Origin: Euryarchaeota archaeon UBA170
GTDB lineage: Archaea > Thermoplasmatota > Poseidoniia > Poseidoniales > Thalassarchaeaceae
Reading direction: 5' to 3'
DNA length: 58,603 bases
NCBI GenBank assembly: GCA_002499345.1
Contig: DALF01000050.1
Span: 14,923-73,525 of the forward strand
Under the pieces are notes generated by a model that was not told the origin of the DNA, searched no databases, and saw only the letters and a program-made list of their open reading frames with translations. Position numbers and translations under genes: made by a program. This document shows positions 9,401-18,168 of the stretch, one piece after another (the first letter of the stretch is position 1; the number at the start of each line of letters is the position of its first letter).

Positions 9401-9662
9401 AATCCTCGGGATTAGAGGACTTGAGGTTATCCAAAGATGGAGAGGCGCTACTCATGCATGGCCCACACCAGTGTGCGCCGACATATTCGCCAAATACGGG
9501 GTGTCCGGGGCTTGTTGCGAACATCTTTGCTTCAATCTGCTCTAATTCTTGCCTCTCTTGTATGGATTCTTCTACTGCACAAAAAGAGACAAATGAGGAT
9601 AGCAACATCAGTGAAACTAGAGTAAAGGAAGAAACGACCGCATAGGGAGTAGTATGCCTCAT
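6483..9662 (-). CDS. large type-I surface protein: thioredoxin-like WCGPC module, CARDB-like and cadherin-like domains, C-terminal TM, proline-rich cytoplasmic tail
   Basis: N-terminal signal/anchor (SSFTLVSLMLLSSFVSFCAV). VFGEYVGAHWCGPCMSS has a thioredoxin-type CxxC (nt 9456-9470). CARDB-like DISCRVSNNGVEEYEGGG. Cadherin-like hallmark FHVLNVNDAPIID. TM IFLASASVVALIALVAVVGGI. An 84-aa tail contains PPPPPPMTPPLPPGGLPPGW. Confidence 0.8.
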   Translation of the reverse strand: MRHTTPYAVVSSFTLVSLMLLSSFVSFCAVEESIQERQELEQIEAKMFATSPGHPVFGEYVGAHWCGPCMSSASPSLDNLKSSNPEDFTFVSFFESSSSGYPDDSPINRRSHVSAGGGGIPKFSFADQQSGTCYKIGAGGTNYYDSDYSNGGCMDSDTSNYAMQLEVQYDQSTNQVTVTVNSMYTGSLSSVSVFLYAAITEKVSPDAYDNGVKPHHSFREWMLASHNNGFEQLTLTPNSPVESSWQVPLSAVRAGGGYSQFENFWPVFALMDGPHTTYNNFLSAVDLGMIPLVDIGVEEIIISNRNGNSGFVSGDVLDISCRVSNNGVEEYEGGGQLSINWMDGLSEIEISTFTIGDFAVGGFHTYNAFLDTTDIDITALGSTTIRAKISGNDGDRGPSNDISDAVALHDMPPTASQPSSSGSTSVDRGSAVGFEVSAISNDLVDDIYTMQPSLEYSPSSSSMWSNDWIANHAIIGSGDNARHSLDIDTPLDAAMGYYDLRIKWTDSSGQTSEWLTSENAFYLQNSLPRVLGNSDMTYAGVPTVKVQTSEMVSVVGLVSDAETSLFNLEISSTEPEFIGWNPSSLEIEVRFDSLLLDSQGSPIPQGMLISVHDGDESNTGLMMFNVVENGAPRWSPIPIKSFHEGGSASLGLTDYLSDTNNNGQVVPVSGVSVEILSISDENLVEASIFGQTINVNSLDDDSNGLVEISLRASDGDKSSDTTVTFHVLNVNDAPIIDTSGIEDVTLKMGVTTEVDLISRITDIDDPDEEIWITATSYYPGAVFYDPITGIMTANWPEEGSDSIKITAEDRHGESSTISLSYTIVDDIPLDWDENFEVEIDSFDIGDTPTVLISNIGDESLTDIRVTWTVCNKITGICHSAGSSFNLGPFIILPVTGSGLSTGDYFTLSIRGVDENGFDRRTPEQMKYDAVAPQGVDSSQPPDDQHNSGEESPDTIFLASASVVALIALVAVVGGINSIARRSSKRNPIYHQEALSAINLPPPVEILPKPVYNTAPPPPPPMTPPLPPGGLPPGWTMEQWHYYGEEYLDKFYSGANFRDR

Positions 9663-9767
9663 CGTCTTTAGCGGCTTGAATTATGGTATAATCATGTTCC
9701 TTAATCGTGCAGTCCGAGGTTGTCAAACTGTGGTTTACTTGATAGCTTAAGTTGTATTCCGTGAGAT

Positions 9768-10580
9768 ATGGAGAATAGCGAACCGGCTGAATGGCTGGCC
9801 CTCAGAGAGGATGATGGCAGGGCGTACCTTCTTTGTAGGGCCCCCGGAGAAGTCAAAGTGAAGGGACTAGGGAGATTCGATGCCGAGGAACTCCTAAGGG
9901 GATATTCAGTAGGTGACAGAATTACAGTGGGCCAGAAGTCGCTAACGATTGTTGCGCCTTCACTTCCCGAAGCTAGGAGGAATATGGCAAGAAGGGCCCA
10001 GGTCATCGGGGCTAAGGACTCGGGATTCCTGATTTCGTGGATGGGGATTGGGGTTGGTTCCAGAGTACTTGAAGGAGGCCATGGCTCCGGTGGACTGGCG
10101 ATGCATTTAGCCAATGTGATGGGAGCGGGAGGGACCTTGATATCTGTGGAGTCTAGATCCGAGCATGCAGAGGTAGGGAGGAAAAATATGGAAAGGCTGT
10201 CTGAAGTCCTTCCTGAGTTTCCCGAGTGGCATCTGGTAGAAGGAGATATCTCGAGTGTTGGAGAATTAGTGGTTGATAAGTGCGGCATGTTAGATGCGGC
10301 GATTATCGATATTGCAGAGCCTTGGGGCGTGATTCCCGACATAGAGCCTCTACTTAGAGCAGGCGGAAGGCTGGCTTGTTACTGCCCTACCACAATCCAA
10401 TTAGAAAAGTGCTGGGAAGCCGCTGAGGACAGGGGCTTGGTAGTAGAATGGGCTGGAGAGATGATAGAAAGAAGATGGGTGAAGGCCAGTAGAGGTGGAG
10501 TCAGGCCTGGCAATACCCCAATAGGGCATACTGCGTTCCTGCTGATTTCAGCCAAGGTAGCTAGTATTGAAGAGGAATGA
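9768..10580 (+). CDS. trmI: tRNA (adenine-N1)-methyltransferase, TrmI/Gcd14 family
   Basis: SAM-binding EGGHGSGGLAMHLA, DAAIIDIAEPWGVI and LLRAGGRLACYCPTTIQ. The stop overlaps the aspS start (ATGA). Confidence 0.8.
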   Translation: MENSEPAEWLALREDDGRAYLLCRAPGEVKVKGLGRFDAEELLRGYSVGDRITVGQKSLTIVAPSLPEARRNMARRAQVIGAKDSGFLISWMGIGVGSRVLEGGHGSGGLAMHLANVMGAGGTLISVESRSEHAEVGRKNMERLSEVLPEFPEWHLVEGDISSVGELVVDKCGMLDAAIIDIAEPWGVIPDIEPLLRAGGRLACYCPTTIQLEKCWEAAEDRGLVVEWAGEMIERRWVKASRGGVRPGNTPIGHTAFLLISAKVASIEEE

Positions 10581-12025
10581 GCATCGTTGATAACTCTGAC
10601 CCTTTCCGAGAGAACATGCGTGATAGTAAAGAGTGGATGCCGACCTCCTACAGGAGCCATACAATTGGGCAGGTTGTCGAACTTGGAGATTCTCTGATTG
10701 GTACCGAAGTAACCATTTGCGGATATGCAGAGACAGTCAGGGGCAGGGGGGCAATTTGCTTTCTAATGCTAAGGGACGGTACCGGGAAAATACAGGCATT
10801 TCTGAAGAAGGACAATATGGATGGCAGTTTGTTCGACTCGATTCAGTCTGCCTCTAGAGAGTCCACTATCCGAGTTTCTGGAATAGTAGCCCAGAAGAGG
10901 CCCCCGAAGCTCAAGGAGGGAGAACCCGCCCCTCCTGCTGAATTTGAGGTAAATGTCTCATCGGGAGAAGTCCTTGCACAGGCTTCCACGCCCCTTCCTG
11001 TTGGAGTCATCGATGATGTCCAAGTTGGACTGGACATAAGGTTGGATAATAGGCACCTGGACCTCAGGAGAGAACATGTTAATGCTATGTTCCAACTCAG
11101 ATCCAGAGTTCTCCAGTATGGCAGGGAGCATCTAATTTCAGAGGGTTTCCAAGAAATTAATAGCCCTAAAATAATAGCCGCGGCCGCAGAGGGAGGGACG
11201 AATCTTTTTCCTATGAAATACTTCGATACAGATGCTTACCTATCTCAGAGTCCACAGTTGTACAAGCAATTAGCTATCCTAGGAGGTCTTGAGAGGGTTT
11301 TCGAGATCGGACCTGCATTTAGGGCCGAGAAGCATGACACATATAGGCATCTGAATGAATTCATTTCATTCGATATTGAAGGTGCTTGGATGGATGATGA
11401 GGACGTCATGGGCGTGCAGGAGAGAATGATTTTTCACATCTGGTCGCAGGTCAAGAAAAATGACCAGCACCTTATTGATGCAGTAAATAGGTATAGAATA
11501 TCCCAGGAAAAGGAAGAAGTGACAGTGGATGTTCCAACATTGCCGTTTCCCAGAATTCCATACTGTGAGGCAGTTGAAATCGTGAAAGAGGGTGGTGGCG
11601 ACATTGAATGGGGTGATGATATTGAGAGTCATCATTGTGATCTGATAGCGGCTAAATTCCCTGGTTTCCACTTCATCCCCAGATGGCCAATGGCCATGAA
11701 GCCGTTCTACATACACCATAAAGAAGGTGAGCAAGGGGCCTCTGGAGGACAACTAAGCAGGGGATTTGATCTAAACTATGGAAGAGATGAGATGACCAGC
11801 GGAGGAGCTAGGGAGCATAGAGTTGATGTTTTGGAGCAGAATCTAATAGACATGGGGCTGAATCCTGACGACTTTTCATTCTACACCGATGGATTTCGCT
11901 ATGGGGCCCCACCTCATGCGGGATGGGGCTTAGGCGTTGCTAGATTATTGATGGTCCTTACTGGAGCGGGCAATGTCAGAGAAGTAGTGCTATTCCCCCG
12001 GGACAGAAGTAGAGTTACCCCCTAA
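10577..12025 (+). CDS. aspS: aspartate--tRNA ligase, archaeal/eukaryotic type
   Basis: OB-fold N-domain. Class II motifs FEIGPAFRAEKHDTYRHLNEF, GGAREH and GWGLGVARLLMVL. Confidence 0.9.
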   Translation: MSIVDNSDPFRENMRDSKEWMPTSYRSHTIGQVVELGDSLIGTEVTICGYAETVRGRGAICFLMLRDGTGKIQAFLKKDNMDGSLFDSIQSASRESTIRVSGIVAQKRPPKLKEGEPAPPAEFEVNVSSGEVLAQASTPLPVGVIDDVQVGLDIRLDNRHLDLRREHVNAMFQLRSRVLQYGREHLISEGFQEINSPKIIAAAAEGGTNLFPMKYFDTDAYLSQSPQLYKQLAILGGLERVFEIGPAFRAEKHDTYRHLNEFISFDIEGAWMDDEDVMGVQERMIFHIWSQVKKNDQHLIDAVNRYRISQEKEEVTVDVPTLPFPRIPYCEAVEIVKEGGGDIEWGDDIESHHCDLIAAKFPGFHFIPRWPMAMKPFYIHHKEGEQGASGGQLSRGFDLNYGRDEMTSGGAREHRVDVLEQNLIDMGLNPDDFSFYTDGFRYGAPPHAGWGLGVARLLMVLTGAGNVREVVLFPRDRSRVTP

Positions 12026-12036
12026 CTGGTGATTCA

Positions 12037-12699
12037 ATGAGCCATATATTCATACAGTCCGAGGAAATCATGGGCTGGGAAGGTAGGAAGAGGGCCAGAT
12101 TCGTGAATAGCCTAAGCGGATTCAAGAGTGCCACATTGATAGGCACATCCCATCCCGAATTTGGAGATAATCTGTCAATAGTCTCCTCCGTTGTTCACCT
12201 AGGATCCACTCCCCCTATGATGGGATTCGTGCTGAGACCTCCAGGCGAGGATGCACATACTTACAAAAATATCAAGTCGACAGGAGTTTGTACATTTAGT
12301 CATGTAAATGTAGATATTATTGAGAAAGCCCATCAGACCAGCGCGAGGTATCCGAGAGAGAGTAGCGAGTTTGATGAAGTAGGGCTCACTCCCAGGAGAG
12401 TAGAAAATTGGCTGGCTCCTTCTGTTGAAGAGGCCCATGTGAGGATGGGGTTGACCCTACTAAATGATACAGAGCTGGTAAATGGATGCAGGTTCATGAC
12501 TTGCTCTGTAGAATGGTTTGAGTTAGAGTCGGATGGAATGTGCGGGGATGGTTATGTGGATCTGAGCAGTATGGGCGGAGTTACAATTTCAGGTCTTGAT
12601 GGATATCATAAGACACCGGGGATTAGCAGGCTTTCATATGCAAAAATTAATCGTGAAATAGATAAAATAACTGATTTTAGAGCTGGATGGCCAGAATAG
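12037..12699 (+). CDS. flavin reductase family protein (split-barrel FMN-binding fold)
   Basis: FVNSLSGFKSATLIGT ... VHLGSTPPMMGFVLRP ... TYKNIKSTGVCTFSHV ... KAHQTSARYPRESSEFDEVGL matches a flavin-reductase-like family I remember from Bacteroidota. Confidence 0.65.
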   Translation: MSHIFIQSEEIMGWEGRKRARFVNSLSGFKSATLIGTSHPEFGDNLSIVSSVVHLGSTPPMMGFVLRPPGEDAHTYKNIKSTGVCTFSHVNVDIIEKAHQTSARYPRESSEFDEVGLTPRRVENWLAPSVEEAHVRMGLTLLNDTELVNGCRFMTCSVEWFELESDGMCGDGYVDLSSMGGVTISGLDGYHKTPGISRLSYAKINREIDKITDFRAGWPE

Positions 12700-12713
12700 G
12701 CATGTGTTGGCTA

Positions 12714-12719
12714 TTTTTT
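12714..12719 (+). terminator. oligo-T tract, possible archaeal terminator/attenuator
   Basis: TTTTTT lies 15 nt after the TAG of the 12037-12699 gene. Archaeal RNA polymerase terminates at oligo-T. It is the only obvious T-run inside the 9.8-19.2 kb same-strand gene array. Confidence 0.25.
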
Positions 12720-12771
12720 AGTCACTCGGCAGAGGACCGAAAATAACGGGTATGTGTGCCCCCTCCGGAAT

Positions 12772-13503
12772 ATGAGCGACATGGCCAAGCCGAGGTTTGT
12801 ATTTCTGCTATTGAAGGAACATCCGTATGGGCGTGAGATGCTCAAGCAGCTACTCTCCGAAGGTCATTCTCCCGTACTGATAATAGAGGAAGATTCACCA
12901 GTTGCCGACGAAGAAAGAGAGAAATTTATGGAGAGGATTGCAGGTAATGAAATAGCTCCTACTATTGAAGATCAAACACTTAGAAATGGGATTCCGGTAG
13001 TGACGGTCCCCATACACAATTCATCTAAAGTCATGCCCCATATAGAAGAAATGGACCTAGACCTAATTGTATTTGGCGGCACCAGGATAATTAGAGGGGA
13101 TATTCTTGATTTCCCTAAGGACGGGGTTGTTAACTCACACCCGGGCCTTCTACCAGAGTGCAGAGGGTCTGCGTCCCCAGCATGGTCGGTCTACCATGAC
13201 ATTCGGGTAGGGTCAACCTGTCATTTCTGTGACAATGGAATTGATACTGGCGAGATTCTACTCAGGAGAGAGTTCCCCGTGGAGCGTGGAATGACATATG
13301 AGGACCTCTGTTATGGGACACTAGTTCTCTCAGGAGTGTTGATGAAGGAGGCACTGATTGCATACGATAATGGAGAGTGGGCAGCGATGCGCAGACCACA
13401 GGGAGCCAGTGAGTTCCCAACATTCAGGAATGCCCCGGAAGAAGTACTTGATGCAGTCAGAGAAAAGCTCAGTGAAGAAGAGTACGCACATTACGTTGAC
13501 TAG
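12772..13503 (+). CDS. formyltransferase-family protein (N-terminal Formyl_trans_N-like domain only)
   Basis: VVNSHPGLLPECRGSASPAWSV corresponds to the H.SLLP..RG formyltransferase motif. It has no Fmt-type C-terminal domain. Candidate starts: GTG 12754, ATG 12772, ATG 12781. Confidence 0.6.
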   Translation: MSDMAKPRFVFLLLKEHPYGREMLKQLLSEGHSPVLIIEEDSPVADEEREKFMERIAGNEIAPTIEDQTLRNGIPVVTVPIHNSSKVMPHIEEMDLDLIVFGGTRIIRGDILDFPKDGVVNSHPGLLPECRGSASPAWSVYHDIRVGSTCHFCDNGIDTGEILLRREFPVERGMTYEDLCYGTLVLSGVLMKEALIAYDNGEWAAMRRPQGASEFPTFRNAPEEVLDAVREKLSEEEYAHYVD

Positions 13504-13511
13504 GTGAAAAA

Positions 13512-14312
13512 ATGGGAAAAAATCTCTTAGAAAGTGATTTCCCCTTTGCCGAGGGGATTCTTAATGGAAAGACGGCACTAGTATGTGGGGCCTCCAAGGG
13601 AATCGGAAGAGCCACAGCATTGGTTCTTGCTAGAGCGGGATGTAGGATAATTGCGTGTGCTAGATCGGTAGAAGATCTTGAGTCACTTATGATAGAAATG
13701 CATGGATCGGGGCATGAATATCTGGCATTAGATATGGAGAGCCTGGAGTCAATTTCTTCTTCAGTGTCAGATTTAGGCACTGTGGACATACTTGTGAATA
13801 ATTCTGGAGGCCCCCCCGGAGGGCCATTACTCGGCAATACAGTTCAGGATTTTGAGGGCCCGTTCACGAGGCATCTGCACGCCTCACACATCCTGACAAA
13901 AGAACTGGTACCTGGGATGGAAAAATCAGGAAGCGGCAGAATTGTGAATATTATCTCCACATCAGTTAGGGAGCCTATCGACAACATAGGACTTTCAAAC
14001 ACCTTGAGAGGTGCCATGGCATCATGGTCAAAGTCGCTCTCTCGGGAATTGCCAGCTTGTATAACAATTAACAATATTCTTCCGGGATTCACAGACACCG
14101 ATAGGCTAGGCTCTCTCGCTAATTCTATCTCATCGAAGACTGGCATTGGGATCGAAGAAGTTCAGAAAAACTGGATTAATAGTGTTCCAATTGAGAGGTT
14201 GATTGACCCTCTAGAAACTGCAATTGCGGTTGCATGGCTGTGCCTTCCATCTAGTGGGGCCGTGAGAGGCGTAAGTCTTGCTGTAGATGGCGGCAGAATG
14301 CGTTCCATATGA
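13512..14312 (+). CDS. short-chain dehydrogenase/reductase (SDR)
   Basis: TALVCGASKGIGRATALVLARAG (TGxxxGxG-type NAD(P) site), NNSGG, NNILPGFTDT. Confidence 0.85.
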   Translation: MGKNLLESDFPFAEGILNGKTALVCGASKGIGRATALVLARAGCRIIACARSVEDLESLMIEMHGSGHEYLALDMESLESISSSVSDLGTVDILVNNSGGPPGGPLLGNTVQDFEGPFTRHLHASHILTKELVPGMEKSGSGRIVNIISTSVREPIDNIGLSNTLRGAMASWSKSLSRELPACITINNILPGFTDTDRLGSLANSISSKTGIGIEEVQKNWINSVPIERLIDPLETAIAVAWLCLPSSGAVRGVSLAVDGGRMRSI

Positions 14313-14320
14313 GGGATAAA

Positions 14321-15562
14321 ATGGAGTTCGATATTTTCTTCTCCATTTCACAGACGCCAGACACCTCTGGCTTTATCCCCAGTGAGAGTGAGATGTTCTC
14401 CAACTTCCTAAATCAGGCCGAACATGCCGATAAGCTTGGATTTGGAATTGGCTGGATAGCTCAGGCTCACCTATCAACAGAGATACAGAAAAGAAATACA
14501 AATCCAGTAGTTCCACATTACCCGGGAGAGGTGGGACTTTGTACTGACTTCTTCCAGATCGCTCAGAAGGTTCTCTCTCGGACGGAAACGATGGAAGTCG
14601 GTAGCGCGGTAATGAGTATCCTAGCTTCTGGCGGCCCTATTGCTCAAGCAGAGAGAGTTGGGTCATTCCTATCCTTACACGGACTTGATTCCGATGAGTC
14701 AAGGAGGTTGCATATTGGATTCAGCGCAGGGAGATTTGAGTTCATGGCCAGGCCGTACGGAATAGTTCCTCGAGACCCCGTGGAGGAAGCGGCGTGGCCC
14801 GCCCTTAGAGGAAGAGTTTTCGCAGAGGCATCTGAGATATTCCTCCGATTACTCAGAGGTGATGTTTTATCTAGCGATATGATAGGGAAGACCGTATTGA
14901 CCAGAGCCAACTTCAGGAGCGATGAAGATTGGTCCAGAGTCCAACAGGAGGCCGCATCATACCATAGTTTGAGTGATTTGCCCGATTCAATTGAAATCAG
15001 AAATAGATATAATTTCGAGGAAATAAAGATAATTCCTCAAGATTGGAACAGAGATCTTCTGAATTTAGTTCTTGGAAGTCACGACCCTATTTTACAGAAA
15101 GAGGTAAATCAGTGGATTCCTGTTCAGGTATTCAACCTCTCAATAACCCCACCAAGAATAATAGAGGAGACGCATGAGAGAATGAGGGAGTCTTACCACA
15201 GGGATGGCGGCCCATGGGAGCGGTCAATGATGCCTCGTACTATCATGATTTTCATTAACGAAGAGGATGGCTTGAGTTCAGAAGAGAGGAGCTCTGAGGC
15301 TAAAATTGAGGCTAAATCTGCTCTTTCTACATATTGGAGCGCCTTGGAAGGGACCATTGACCCTTCAAAAGTTGACAGGGCCGTAGACAACGCAGTAATA
15401 GGTAACGCTGAGGAAGTGGCACAACAAATTATTGAGAGGTTTGATTCCAATGATCGTTTGATGTGCTGGTTTGATTTCTTCAACCATGACAGTGAGAGAG
15501 TGATGAGGAACATGACTGCATTCATGACCAAGGTAGTACCCCGAATCAATGGAGGGACGTAG
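14321..15562 (+). CDS. luciferase-like (LLM-class) flavin-dependent monooxygenase/oxidoreductase
   Basis: MEFDIFFSISQ ... AEHADKLGFGIGWIAQAHLS ... VGSAVMSILASGGPIAQAERV ... IGFSAGRF resembles the LuxA/SsuD-type TIM barrel. An alternative ATG at 14309 overlaps the SDR stop (ATGA). ATG 14321 is preceded by GAGGG. Confidence 0.65.
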   Translation: MEFDIFFSISQTPDTSGFIPSESEMFSNFLNQAEHADKLGFGIGWIAQAHLSTEIQKRNTNPVVPHYPGEVGLCTDFFQIAQKVLSRTETMEVGSAVMSILASGGPIAQAERVGSFLSLHGLDSDESRRLHIGFSAGRFEFMARPYGIVPRDPVEEAAWPALRGRVFAEASEIFLRLLRGDVLSSDMIGKTVLTRANFRSDEDWSRVQQEAASYHSLSDLPDSIEIRNRYNFEEIKIIPQDWNRDLLNLVLGSHDPILQKEVNQWIPVQVFNLSITPPRIIEETHERMRESYHRDGGPWERSMMPRTIMIFINEEDGLSSEERSSEAKIEAKSALSTYWSALEGTIDPSKVDRAVDNAVIGNAEEVAQQIIERFDSNDRLMCWFDFFNHDSERVMRNMTAFMTKVVPRINGGT

Positions 15563-16735
15563 ATGGGAGGCCGGGATAACGTTCCTTCTTCAGTATCTCC
15601 TGGAAGGCCTGGATCGTCTCTTTATCCCTCTAATCCACTGGGCGAAAGGCACGAGGGAATAGCCACAGGAAGAGATGTTGAATGGGAGCCTTTGGTAGAT
15701 TTTCGAAGGATGGACATCTCGGAGAATACAATACATGGCGCAATAGCTTGGGCCCATGGGAATGAAATTATACATTCATTCGGAGGAAACGTTCTGGTGT
15801 ACGGCAGATCAATGATGAAGCCATTCACAATGAAAGTCTTCAGCGAGGCCCTCTCTGATGCTGGCCTAAGTACGGAACAAATGGCGATTTCATGCTCATC
15901 TCATAATGGGGATACTGAACACGTTGCTGCGGCTCAGTCCATGCTGAGTGAATCAGAATGGGGGCTGATGCAATGCCCATTAGATGTCCCATTAATCCAG
16001 TTTGGAAGGCAGGTAAGGAGACCTAGGAGATGGTTTCATACATGCTCTGGAGAACATGCCGCGATGCTCAAAGGAATGAGACTGATGGGAATTAGTAGAG
16101 CTGGTTACACTCTCCCTAGCTCCGGCTGGTTTCCATTGTACCTAGATGTACTCAGAAGGATGATGGGCAAGCCTGATTGGGAGCCTTTGAGAGTAGCAAA
16201 GGATGGGTGTGGCCTTCCTACAGTATCGAATACTGTAGATGAGTTGGCAGTAATGATGGCAGGACTGGCTTTTGAGAAAGACGATGACTGGATTTGGAAT
16301 GCGATGACTGAGCACCCAGATCTGGTAGGGGGCTTCAACAGACTGGATTCAACCTGCCTGAAGGCGGGCGGGGGTAAAATCTTGGCTAAGGAGGGAGCGG
16401 ATGGTTTACTAGGCCTTTCCGTGGATCATCCCGACTGGCCAAATGGCCTGGGGATAGTAATCAAAATAGCCCATGGTTGGAATAGTCAGGCTACTTGGTA
16501 TGTCGCTAGGGCCGTCTTGGGAGTATTGGGCGTCGAACTAAGAAACCCATATCCTTTGCATCGTCAGAAGGCGTTTATTGTTCCAGGAATTGTTCCCGAT
16601 AGTATGAGAGAAGCTCTTGAAGAGGTTGTCACTTGGGACGAATGGGACCCCGATAGAGACAGATTCTCGATGGACTGGAGAGATTATTCTGACGGAGCGA
16701 CTCGAGAAAGCCCCTTTGCTAATGAGGGGTCCTGA
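15563..16735 (+). CDS. asparaginase-II (PF06089-like, beta-lactamase-fold) family protein
   Basis: Motifs GRSMMKPFT, CSSHNGDTEH and CSGEHAAMLKG parallel the remembered RSSAKPFQ / SHSG / CSGKHAGML signature. The ATG directly abuts the preceding TAG. Confidence 0.6.
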   Translation: MGGRDNVPSSVSPGRPGSSLYPSNPLGERHEGIATGRDVEWEPLVDFRRMDISENTIHGAIAWAHGNEIIHSFGGNVLVYGRSMMKPFTMKVFSEALSDAGLSTEQMAISCSSHNGDTEHVAAAQSMLSESEWGLMQCPLDVPLIQFGRQVRRPRRWFHTCSGEHAAMLKGMRLMGISRAGYTLPSSGWFPLYLDVLRRMMGKPDWEPLRVAKDGCGLPTVSNTVDELAVMMAGLAFEKDDDWIWNAMTEHPDLVGGFNRLDSTCLKAGGGKILAKEGADGLLGLSVDHPDWPNGLGIVIKIAHGWNSQATWYVARAVLGVLGVELRNPYPLHRQKAFIVPGIVPDSMREALEEVVTWDEWDPDRDRFSMDWRDYSDGATRESPFANEGS

Positions 16736-18168
16736 TGAAAATACTGAACTATATCAAGGGTAAATTTAACGAGCCGATATCCTCAGAATGGATGGATAAT
16801 TTTTCACCTTCTACTGGGAAGGTTATCGGAAGTATTCCTCTATCGGGGGATGCTGATGTCATATCTGCAATCGCCGCCGCTAAGGGTGCTCTTCCGGAAT
16901 GGAGTAGTCTTGACCCGTCTGATAGGGCTCTTTGGCTGGATAAGATAGCTGACTGCCTGGAGGAGAAATTCGAGGAGATCGCACACTTAGAGAGCATGGA
17001 TACTGGGAAGCCCATATCTCTGGCCCGTTCGGTTGATGCAAGGAGATCGGTCTCAAACTTCAGATTCTTCTCAGAAATGATCAGAGATAGGGAAGAGGAG
17101 GTATTTGAGATGGAAGACGCCACTAATATAGTGAAGCTTAGAGCTGTCGGAGTTGGTGCTCTAATCACTCCTTGGAATCTCCCTCTGTACCTCCTTTCAT
17201 GGAAGGTTGCTCCGGCCATTGGCATGGGCAACACCGTAGTCTGTAAACCGAGTGAGCTGACCCCACTAACTGCTGACCTCCTGATGAGGGTAATAGACGA
17301 GGTGGGCCTACCGCCTGGCGTGGTCAATCTCGTTCATGGAAATGGTAATGCAGGGTCAGTACTTACTGGGAATCCAGATGTAGACCTTGTCTCATTCACC
17401 GGAGGGACATCTACTGGTTCAAAGGTAGCAATGTCTGCATCTCCTCAATTCAAGAAGTTGAGTTTGGAACTGGGTGGCAAGAATTCGAGTATAGTATTCT
17501 CAGATTGTAATCTGGAAGAAACAGTCAAAGGAGTTACTAGAGCCGCATTTCTGAATCAGGGGCAGGTTTGTTTGTGCGGCTCTAGGATACTCGTGGAAGA
17601 ATCGATCTATGATCAATTCATGGATATGTTCGTAGAGTCCGTAGAGTCGATGGTAATTGGCGACCCGATGGATGAGGATACCGACCTAGGGGCCTTGATT
17701 TCCAAGCAACACTTGGAGAAGGTTGAGAGTTATGTATCACTAGCTCTGGAGGAGGGTGGACAAATAGTAACCGGAGGTAAGCCGTGCTTACCGAAAGAAT
17801 TGGAAGGTGGAAATTGGATGTCTCCCACAGTAGTGACTGGCCTGGGAACCGAATCGAGATGCTCGACTGAGGAGGTCTTCGGTCCATTTGTTACCGTGCA
17901 TAGGTTCAATTCCGAAGAAGACGCAATAAAAATTGCAAATAATACGAGATACGGGCTAGCTGGCAGTATTTGGACTGGCGATTTGGAACGGGGCAGAAGG
18001 GTGGCCGAGAGTATCCATACTGGGATGATTTGGGTAAATACTTGGCTACACAGGGATCTTCGGGTGCCTTTTGGGGGAATTAAAGATAGCGGAGTTGGAA
18101 GAGAAGGCGGCAAATGGAGCTTGGGATTCTTCTCAGAGCCCCTTAATGTATGCCTAAAGCACGATTGA
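16735..18168 (+). CDS. NAD(P)-dependent aldehyde dehydrogenase
   Basis: LITPWNLPL, ELGGKNSSIVF (catalytic Glu), GQVCLCGSR (catalytic Cys), EEVFGPF. The start overlaps the previous stop (TGATG). Confidence 0.9.
   Translation: MKILNYIKGKFNEPISSEWMDNFSPSTGKVIGSIPLSGDADVISAIAAAKGALPEWSSLDPSDRALWLDKIADCLEEKFEEIAHLESMDTGKPISLARSVDARRSVSNFRFFSEMIRDREEEVFEMEDATNIVKLRAVGVGALITPWNLPLYLLSWKVAPAIGMGNTVVCKPSELTPLTADLLMRVIDEVGLPPGVVNLVHGNGNAGSVLTGNPDVDLVSFTGGTSTGSKVAMSASPQFKKLSLELGGKNSSIVFSDCNLEETVKGVTRAAFLNQGQVCLCGSRILVEESIYDQFMDMFVESVESMVIGDPMDEDTDLGALISKQHLEKVESYVSLALEEGGQIVTGGKPCLPKELEGGNWMSPTVVTGLGTESRCSTEEVFGPFVTVHRFNSEEDAIKIANNTRYGLAGSIWTGDLERGRRVAESIHTGMIWVNTWLHRDLRVPFGGIKDSGVGREGGKWSLGFFSEPLNVCLKHD

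Noticed and set aside
9701-10342. 213-aa minus-strand ORF
   Set aside because: It is entirely antisense to trmI, which has clear methyltransferase motifs. No motifs of its own.
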